Source: Clostridia bacterium
Lineage (GTDB): Bacteria; Bacillota; Clostridia; Oscillospirales; CAG-272
Assembly (NCBI GenBank): GCA_017455905.1
Contig: JAFTLQ010000006.1
Coordinates: 7,033-71,032 of the forward strand
Reading direction: 5' to 3'
Length of the DNA: 64,000 bases
Position numbers and translations under genes: made by a program. The notes under the pieces were generated by a model. That model was not told the DNA's origin and did not search any database. It saw only the letters and a list, made by a program, of their open reading frames with translations. Positions 51,340 to 58,117 of this stretch are shown here, piece by piece. Every line of letters begins with the position of its first letter. Position 1 is the first letter of the stretch.

Positions 51340-51494
51340 AATAAAACTCCTTGGTTAGTAAGAAAAGATATTATCATTATAATTCCTTTCGCTTAAAAAA
51401 ACAAGGTGTTTTTTATTATTTATCAAATACCCTTAGAAGAAAATACGCGATCACTATCCATGCAGTTGTAGTGCTTAGATGAAAGCGTATCAAA

Positions 51495-51537
51495 TTGGCA
51501 TAGTTTTGGTATAATTTTTGGTATTAAAGTTGGTATT
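51495..51537 (+). repeat. Four TTGG(T/C)AT repeats, putative arm sites of the right end
   Basis: Copies at 51495, 51506, 51518, 51530; 122 nt before the attR core. Confidence 0.7.
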
Positions 51538-51659
51538 AGAAGCGAAAATTACTTGACGAAACGAACAAAAAGCCTTAAAATAGACGCATTTTAGGGCATA
51601 AAACGCACGAAAATCAAGAAAAATCGCATTTTTAACGCCACTTTTACGGTAGGAAAGCA

Positions 51660-51704
51660 CTCCTAAACGGTAGGTCGGAGGTTCGAATCCTCTCGTCGAC
51701 GCCA
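51660..51704 (+). pseudogene. Displaced 3' half of host tRNA-Arg(CCT) (attR)
   Basis: ctCCTaa-acggt-aggtc-ggagg-ttcgaat-cctct-cgtcgac-g-cca; cgtcgac pairs 7/7 with gtcgacg at 41564. Confidence 0.93.
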
Positions 51705-51729
51705 AAGGCAGCCGAAAGGCTGCCTTTTA
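51704..51729 (+). terminator. Terminator of the original tRNA gene
   Basis: aaaggcagcc-gaaa-ggctgccttt. Confidence 0.8.
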
Positions 51730-51825
51730 AGTAAAAAGGTATAGGAATTTATATTTTCACCACAGCCACCAAGCATAGGCGCAAAATGGAACCTATGCGG
51801 CTTATTATATAAAGAAAAAGACCGA

Positions 51826-52599
51826 CTTCCGTCGCTCGCTAACGTTGTTCTCCATAACGACGTTGAAAGCGTTGGATACGAAGCTTTCCATGGTTGCGGA
51901 CTTACAACAATTACATTTGGAAACGGCATTAAAAGCATTGACGAGTATGCTTTTAACGGAACTTACAACACCGTGGCTATACATATAGATTCAATTGCTA
52001 CGTGGTGCAATATTGACTTTGGAAGCAATTCACTTCCATACAACAAAAACTTGGTGATTGATGGCACTATTGTTAAAGACGTTGTGATTCCTGACGGCAT
52101 TACCGAAATAAAACCGTATGCGTTTTATTATTTTAAAAATATCGAAAGTGTTACATTAGGAAAAGACGTGACGAGCATCGGCGAATGGGCTTTCTATTTT
52201 TGTAACGGACTAAAGACGGTCGAATTTAACGAAGGTCTGTTATCAATCGAAGATTATGCGTTTGGTGCGTGCTCCGGTTTGACACAAATTATTTTTCCGG
52301 ACAGCTTACAGACGATCAAGGAAGGTGCGTTCAGCGGATGTAGCAGCCTTGCGTCGATTGTTTTGGGGCGCAAAATTACAACTATCGAAGCGTATGCTTT
52401 CAGCAGCTCATATCCTTGGCCGATATACTATCACGGCGCCTTCAGCGAGTTCAATGCAACGATAGGTAAAAACAATCAAAACTTGAACGTTGCAAAGCAA
52501 GGCATATACTATTATTCTTCAACAGAACCTACGGATACGAATTACACCTATTGGTATTATTCCGATGATGGCGTTCCAACACTTTGGCCAACGGAATAA
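51826..52599 (+). pseudogene. 5'-truncated BspA-type leucine-rich repeat protein
   Basis: Repeats such as VTSIGEWAFYFCNGL; LRR pattern continues upstream of the called GTG with no RBS or start. Confidence 0.75.
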
Positions 52600-52762
52600 A
52601 TCGAAAAAAGTCTGCGTCGCACGATGTACGCACAGACTTTGACTAACGACTTGGCGGCAGGCTATGCAATATAGCTTGTCGCCTTTTCTTTTTTCTTCTC
52701 TACATGTAACTTGCGAATGTAGGTTTTTTCATTTTTTAAAAGGTCGCCTATAAGGTCTTTTT

Positions 52763-52847
52763 TGTCCACCCGTTGTACACCCGCACGATATAAGACACCA
52801 CAAAATCGCCCGCACGCCGATAGCCGGGGCACGTATGAAAGCTCCTA
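52763..52847 (+). repeat. att-arm-like repeat, copy 1 (internally shortened)
   Basis: TGTCCACCC-gt-TGTACACCC...ggggcacgtatgaaagCTCCTA. Confidence 0.8.
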
Positions 52848-52974
52848 TTCTGTATCAATTTCTCACAAAAACACATACTATTTACGAGAAAATTCAAGTT
52901 TTTCTCACATCCCATTGACTAATCTCGTAAAATATGCTATAATTTATGAGAAAACAAGTTGCTTGGGAGTTTGT

Positions 52975-54021
52975 ATGAGAAAATTCAACTATACGGCATT
53001 AAAAAATATGAAGTGGGATTCCGAAATGATGGGATACGTTGCCATCATTCACGAAATGAAGGGTAAGCAGGTACTTTATCTTAGGCAAAAGCCCGAAACG
53101 CTTGACAAGCTTGTAGAAATCGCAAAGGTACAAAGCACCGAAAGCTCCAACGAGATCGAGGGAATCCGCACGACTAACACTCGCCTGAAGCAGCTTGTGT
53201 CAGAAAAAACAACACCAAAAAATCGTGACGAGCAAGAAATCGCCGGATATCGTGATGCGCTTGCCGTGATACACGAAAGCTTTGAATATATTCCTCTGAC
53301 AACGAATTATCTTTTACAGTTGCATAAAATTTTGTATAGCCATTCGGTAAAAGACGTTGGTGGAAAATTCAAAACGACACAGAATTATATCAGCGCAACC
53401 GACAGCGAGGGAAACCCATTCACCCTATTTACGCCGCCTGTGCCGTATGAAACACCCGATATGATATCGGAGCTTTGCGATGCGTTCAACCGCGCTATCG
53501 CAGAATGCGATGTTGACCCGCTTATACTCATACCCATCTTCATTCACGATTTTCTTTGTATCCACCCTTTCCTCGACGGAAACGGGAGAATGAGCCGCTT
53601 GCTCACAACGCTTCTCTTATACCGTAGTGGATATATGGTCGGCAAATATATTTCCTTAGAGGCAAAAATCGCAAAGAATAAAAATCTATATTACGACGCC
53701 TTGGAGCAATCACAAGTCGGTTGGCACGATGCGAGCGATGATCCCACACCTTTCGCTAAGTATTTGCTCGGTACGATCATATCCGCATATCGTGATTTTG
53801 AGGAGCGAATGGACATTGTTGGTGATAAAGATTCCGCTATGGATATCGTTACAAAAGCCGTTGCAACAAGGATAGGCAAATTCACAAAGGCGGATATTGC
53901 CGCTTTGTGTCCTTCCATCAGCGCAAGCTCTGTGGAAAGCTCACTAAAAAAATTAGTACGTAACGGTGTTGCTCGAAAACACGGAAACGGTAGAGCTACC
54001 TTCTACACAAGAAATATATGA
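52975..54021 (+). CDS. Fic family protein with C-terminal HTH
   Basis: HPFLDGNGRMSR; inhibitory-type SNEIEG; promoter TTGACT(52915)-17-TATAAT; ATG at 52975. Confidence 0.93.
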   Translation: MRKFNYTALKNMKWDSEMMGYVAIIHEMKGKQVLYLRQKPETLDKLVEIAKVQSTESSNEIEGIRTTNTRLKQLVSEKTTPKNRDEQEIAGYRDALAVIHESFEYIPLTTNYLLQLHKILYSHSVKDVGGKFKTTQNYISATDSEGNPFTLFTPPVPYETPDMISELCDAFNRAIAECDVDPLILIPIFIHDFLCIHPFLDGNGRMSRLLTTLLLYRSGYMVGKYISLEAKIAKNKNLYYDALEQSQVGWHDASDDPTPFAKYLLGTIISAYRDFEERMDIVGDKDSAMDIVTKAVATRIGKFTKADIAALCPSISASSVESSLKKLVRNGVARKHGNGRATFYTRNI

Positions 54022-54022
54022 G

Positions 54023-54137
54023 CGTCCACCCGCGGTACACCCACACAATATATAGCTCCGTGGAAATCACCCTCAACCACAAAACCTACCAAGCGTAAAA
54101 TCTGCATTTCCCTCGGATCTTACGCTTATTTTGCAAA
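54023..54137 (+). repeat. att-arm-like repeat, copy 2
   Basis: GTCCACCC-gc-GGTACACCC...agcgtaaaatctgcatttccc..ggat.ttacgctt.ttttgcaa shared with copy 3. Confidence 0.8.
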
Positions 54138-54142
54138 ACCTC

Positions 54143-54182
54143 TTGACTTGTGGCTAAATATAGTGTATAATTTAGCCACAAG
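54143..54182 (+). promoter_or_regulatory. TA operon promoter with 13-bp perfect operator palindrome
   Basis: TTGACT-17-TATAAT overlapped by cttgtggctaaat...atttagccacaag. Confidence 0.85.
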
Positions 54183-54212
54183 AGCATATAATAAAAACGG
54201 AGGTAAATCATA

Positions 54213-54470
54213 ATGACTATTATTCCTATGCGTGACTTAAAAGACACCGTTGAAATTGAAAGACGTTGCGCCGAAGCAGGCGGTCCCGTATTCGTTACTA
54301 AAAACGGTTACGGCAGACTTGTTGTAATGGATATTGAGTATTACGAGAAAACAATGAGCAAAATATATGAAGCCAAGCTTGTAAACGATGGACTTTCCGA
54401 TATCGAAAGCGGTAAAACCGTAGACGGCGACGCTGTAAGAGCAAGAATGGCCGAGAAGTATGGAGTTTGA
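54213..54470 (+). CDS. Phd/YefM family antitoxin
   Basis: IIPMRDL...PVFVTKNGYGRLVVMDIEYYE. Confidence 0.9.
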   Translation: MTIIPMRDLKDTVEIERRCAEAGGPVFVTKNGYGRLVVMDIEYYEKTMSKIYEAKLVNDGLSDIESGKTVDGDAVRARMAEKYGV

Positions 54471-54786
54471 GTATTCATATCGGTTTACAGAGAAGGCTGC
54501 GCAGGATTTTGACGAGATCCTGCGCTACATATCGGTTGACTTGGCAAATCCCGTTGCCGCGCAAAATCTTGGAAAAAAGATTTTTGAAAAAATTGACGTT
54601 GTAAGAGCCTTTCCGAATTCCGGTGCTCCTATTGAAAATGAGTTTTTATCTGATAAGACGGTGCGTAAATTGTTAGCGGATAATTACATTATTTACTACA
54701 AGGCACATTACGAAGAAAACATCATTTCAATCGTCCGTATCGTTTATGGCAAGCGTAATCTTGATGAAATTTTACGAGATATTTAG
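54460..54786 (+). CDS. RelE/ParE family toxin
   Basis: FTEKAAQDF..I..YI...NYIIYY...IVRIVYGKRN; overlaps the antitoxin gene. Confidence 0.9.
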   Translation: MEFEYSYRFTEKAAQDFDEILRYISVDLANPVAAQNLGKKIFEKIDVVRAFPNSGAPIENEFLSDKTVRKLLADNYIIYYKAHYEENIISIVRIVYGKRNLDEILRDI

Positions 54787-54824
54787 TTTTTCGTGCGGGC
54801 GAAATATAGAGTTTGATTTATATT

Positions 54825-54987
54825 TGTCCACCCGTTGTACACCCACACGATACAAACCACCACAAAAGATACCAACAAACACACAACATACGAGCGTAAA
54901 ATCTGCATTTCCCGCGGATTTTACGCTTGTTTTGCAAGAAAATCGCCCACGCGCAGATAGCCCGGGGCACGTATGAAAATTCCTAAG
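54825..54987 (+). repeat. att-arm-like repeat, copy 3 (longest, ends in TTCCTAAG)
   Basis: Contains both the copy-1 and copy-2 blocks; arm-to-core gap 135 nt. Confidence 0.8.
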
Positions 54988-55007
54988 GGGTAGTTACAGG
55001 TAGATTT

Positions 55008-55066
55008 CAAATCATGAAGCCGTAAGGCTTCAATTCATGGCGGCTTGCCGTCAATTCATCAATTCG
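55008..55066. repeat. Short REP-like cluster (CAATTCAT units with mini-hairpins)
   Basis: tgaagcc-gtaa-ggcttca, tggcggc-tt-gccgtca, repeated caattcat. Confidence 0.5.
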
Positions 55067-55227
55067 CACGTGTGTTCACAAATGCAGTGCTTGTTAAATC
55101 TTAATTAAAGACACCAAAATTGATTGACAAAAGTAACTCAAAAGCACTTATGGCAAGATTTCCATAAGTGCCTTTTGCTACCTTCAGGGAGATGCTGAAA
55201 ATCAGCAAATACAATGTTTCAAACAAT

Positions 55228-55431
55228 TCATACCGTGAGTAGTGGAGAAGCGTGTTTGCTTTCCCCTTCGCTTTTGGAATCAAATTCGGGAAAACAAAGC
55301 AAGTAGTAGTCACACTCGTCGCAACAACATTCAAAGCCTTGCTCTCCGTTGCCAAGACACACATTAGGCTCTCCCGGAGTCAGTTCTACTTCGGTAATAT
55401 CGATTACCTTTTTGGGAATAACTTTACTCAT
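55228..55431 (-). CDS. Small Cys-rich hypothetical protein
   Basis: GAGGTG RBS; CLGNG...ECCCDECDYYLLC. Confidence 0.65.
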   Translation of the reverse strand: MSKVIPKKVIDITEVELTPGEPNVCLGNGEQGFECCCDECDYYLLCFPEFDSKSEGESKHASPLLTV

Positions 55432-55451
55432 ACACTCACCTCATCAGCATA

Positions 55452-55612
55452 CAAAAAAGTGCGCCCCAAAAGGAACGCACCGAAAAAATGCATCCCCTTA
55501 GTTTGTTGTCACACAAATGCTCTCCCAACGAAGGTATGAGGAAAAGGAGAAAACACTTTTTACCAAAAGTATTTTCCCTTCGTTGGTTAGAACATATGCA
55601 ATTTGTGTGACG
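55452..55612 (-). ncRNA. Candidate structured ncRNA/leader (rod plus terminator)
   Basis: Promoter TTGACA(55646)-17-TAAAAT; helices 55508-18/55601-11, 55525-34/55577-86; terminator 55453-55480. Confidence 0.55.
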
Positions 55613-55799
55613 AGAATATTTTACCATAGTTCTGCCGATTTGTCAATATAGCTTGAAAATGTTACAAAAATATTCTTGCATTGATGTCTTTAATTTAGTC
55701 AGTGCTTGCAAAGAAAAGTGGACGAGGAGTTTTAAACACTCTTCGTCCTTTTCCTTGATAAGCACTGACTTAATGAAAGATACTAAAGCTGCATACGTG

Positions 55800-55843
55800 C
55801 CCTCTCACCCGCTGTCGCGGGAGCTCTCCCGTGGGGCGAGCCT
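55800..55843. repeat. Single REP-like palindromic unit
   Basis: ccctctcacccgc-tgtc-gcgggagctctccc-gt-ggggcgagcc double hairpin at the AT-rich/backbone boundary. Confidence 0.45.
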
Positions 55844-55858
55844 AACGCTTGAAAGGGG

Positions 55859-56710
55859 TCAGACACCCGAATAGGCGGAGAAGCCGCCGTCGATCGGCAG
55901 AACGACGCCCGTGATGAAGCCGGCCGCCTTGTCGTTGAGAAGGAAGAGCAGACCGCCCTCCAACTCCTCGGTCAGGCCGAAGCGTCCCATCGGCGTGGCG
56001 GCCAGGATCTTACCCGTGCGCGCGGTGGGCGTGCCGTCGCGGTTGAACAGCAGCGCGGCGTTCTGCTTGGTGGAGAAGAAGCCGGGCGCGATGGCGTTGA
56101 CACGGATGCCGACCTTGGAGAAATGGACGGCGAGCCACTGCGTAAAGTTGGAGATCGCGGCCTTGGCACCCGAGTAAGCGGGGATCTTGGTCAGCGGCGT
56201 GTACGCGTTCATGGACGAGATGTTCAGAATGGAGCATCCCTCGCGGCCGACCATCTGACGGGCAAAGGCCTGTGTCGGCAGAAGCGTGCCGAGGAAGTTT
56301 AAGTTGAAAACAAAGCCGACGCCCGACGCATCGAGGTCAAAAAAGCTCTTGGTATCGGCGTCGATATCGCCAAGCTCAAAGTATTCCTTGTCGGTCGTCG
56401 CGCGCGGATTGTTACCGCCGGCACCGTTGACGAGGATGTCGCAGGGGCCGAGCTCGGCCAGCACGCGATCGGCGACGTCGTAGCAGATGTCCTTGTCAAG
56501 CACGTTGCAGGCATAAGCGCGGGCAATGCCGCCCTCGTCGGTGATCTCCTTGGCAAACCCTTGAGCCGCGGGCTCGTTGAGGTCAAGGAGGGCAACCTTA
56601 GCACCCGCGCGGGCGAGCACCTTGGCGAAATAGCTGCACAGCACGCCGCCGGCGCCTGTGACGACGGCAACCTTGCCGGAAAGATCGGTATTCAGTACGT
56701 TGTTTTGCAT
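55859..56710 (-). CDS. SDR oxidoreductase, D-mannonate oxidoreductase-like
   Basis: TGAGGVL, NGAGGN, NISSM, YSGAK, downstream of uxuA. Confidence 0.88.
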   Translation of the reverse strand: MQNNVLNTDLSGKVAVVTGAGGVLCSYFAKVLARAGAKVALLDLNEPAAQGFAKEITDEGGIARAYACNVLDKDICYDVADRVLAELGPCDILVNGAGGNNPRATTDKEYFELGDIDADTKSFFDLDASGVGFVFNLNFLGTLLPTQAFARQMVGREGCSILNISSMNAYTPLTKIPAYSGAKAAISNFTQWLAVHFSKVGIRVNAIAPGFFSTKQNAALLFNRDGTPTARTGKILAATPMGRFGLTEELEGGLLFLLNDKAAGFITGVVLPIDGGFSAYSGV

Positions 56711-56761
56711 GATATGTATCCTTCTTTGTTTGGAAATGAAAAGAAATGTTGTCGTTTCTTG

Positions 56762-57817
56762 TTATTTTTTCGCTTGATGCTCCGCCGCTTCGAACAGACC
56801 GTTGATATAGGCGGCACCGAGTGCGCGGTCAAACAGGCCGTAGCCCGGCTTGCCCGTTTCGCCCCAGATCATGCGTCCGTGGTCGGGGCGCACGTAGCCG
56901 TCGTAGCCGGCCTCCGCTAAAGCGCGAACGATCTCGTACATATCGAGCGAGCCGCAGGAGCTGAGGTGGGCGCGCTCCTCAAAGGAGCCGTCCTCCATGA
57001 TCTTGACGTTGCGGATGTGCATAAAGGCAATGCGATCCATCGCCGCATATTTCTTGACCATAGCGACGACGTCGTTGCTTGCCGCACAGCCGAGCGAGCC
57101 GGTGCACAGGCACAGGCTGTTGGCCGGGCTGTCCACGATCGACAGCAAGCGGTCGAGATTTTCCTCGCAGGTGATGATGCGAGGCAGGCCGAAGATGGGG
57201 TAGGGCGGATCGTCGGGGTGCATGGCCATGCGCACGTCGCACGCCTGTGCGACGGGGATGACGGCCTTGAGGAAGCGCGTCAGGTTGCGCCACAGGCCCT
57301 CCTCGCCGAGGGCGCCGTAGGCGGTGATAAGCTCGCGCACCTCCTCCTGCGTGTAGCTGGCGTCCCAGCCGGGAAGATGAATATCATCCTTCAGCGGGTC
57401 AAGACCGCGCATCTGCTCCCAATACATAACGAGGCTGGTCGAGCCGTCGGGTGCTTCACGGTCGAGCTGGGTGCGCGTCCAGTCAAAGACGGGCATAAAG
57501 TTGTATGTGATGCACTTGACGCCGTAGGCCGCACAGCGACGGATATTTTCGCAGTAGACCTCTAGCAGATCGTCGACGCGTCCGCGCCCGAGCTTGATAT
57601 CCTCGTGCACGGGGATGGATTCCACCACGTCGAAGACGAGACCGTGTGCCTCGCACGCCTCCTTCATACGGCGCAGGCTTTCTTCGCTCCATACCTCACC
57701 GGGCTTGACGTCGTAGACCGCCGAAACGATCGAGCGCATGCCGGGGATCTGCGATATGTAGCGCAGGGATACGGGATCGCTTTCACCGTACCAACGGAAG
57801 GACAGCTTCATATTCAT
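56762..57817 (-). CDS. uxuA: Mannonate dehydratase
   Basis: FRWYG..DPV, ESIPVHEDIK, YNFMPVFDWTR, HPDDPP, RPDHGR, PGYGLFDRALG; ATG at 57817 with AGGAG. Confidence 0.96.
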   Translation of the reverse strand: MNMKLSFRWYGESDPVSLRYISQIPGMRSIVSAVYDVKPGEVWSEESLRRMKEACEAHGLVFDVVESIPVHEDIKLGRGRVDDLLEVYCENIRRCAAYGVKCITYNFMPVFDWTRTQLDREAPDGSTSLVMYWEQMRGLDPLKDDIHLPGWDASYTQEEVRELITAYGALGEEGLWRNLTRFLKAVIPVAQACDVRMAMHPDDPPYPIFGLPRIITCEENLDRLLSIVDSPANSLCLCTGSLGCAASNDVVAMVKKYAAMDRIAFMHIRNVKIMEDGSFEERAHLSSCGSLDMYEIVRALAEAGYDGYVRPDHGRMIWGETGKPGYGLFDRALGAAYINGLFEAAEHQAKK

Positions 57818-58117
57818 AAAAACTCCTTGTCGAGGCTTCCTCCCTTGTGTAAAAAAGAAAGCAGGGCAGCCCCGTGTTTTTTGGTTTTCGGTTGTTTGCC
57901 GATGCAGGGGGACATGACCGTGCCCGTCGGGATGCCATGGGAGGCCCTGCGTATATAGTATACCATAGGTAGGAAAAAGAATCAAGTCCCATGCGCGCAA
58001 TTTTTGGGAATCGGTGCCTGCCTGTCGGACGGTCGCCGCACCTGCGAGCGCTAAGAAAAAAGCGGCCGCGCACGGTATGTGCGCGGCCGCTTCGTGTTTT
58101 ATACGGTGGCTGTTTTT

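Larger units (their letters stand above)
41596..51666. mobile_element. Decayed genomic island (~10 kb) integrated in the tRNA-Arg(CCT) anticodon loop
   Basis: Direct repeat CTCCTAA at 41596 and 51660 joins complementary tRNA halves; sharp GC drop; integrase remnant inside. Confidence 0.9.

Noticed and set aside
41564-51704. Intron-containing or trans-spliced tRNA
   Set aside because: The insert is 10 kb of protein genes with duplicated core, arm repeats and an integrase remnant; no group I/II intron features or complementary leader/trailer seen
52762-52974. N-terminal extension of the Fic ORF, and ORF 54746-54976 with a similar peptide
   Set aside because: Translation of the non-coding att-like repeat; the promoter and RBS support ATG 52975
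41596-55800. Prophage or intact ICE
   Set aside because: No capsid, terminase, tail, relaxase or T4SS genes; the integrase is truncated
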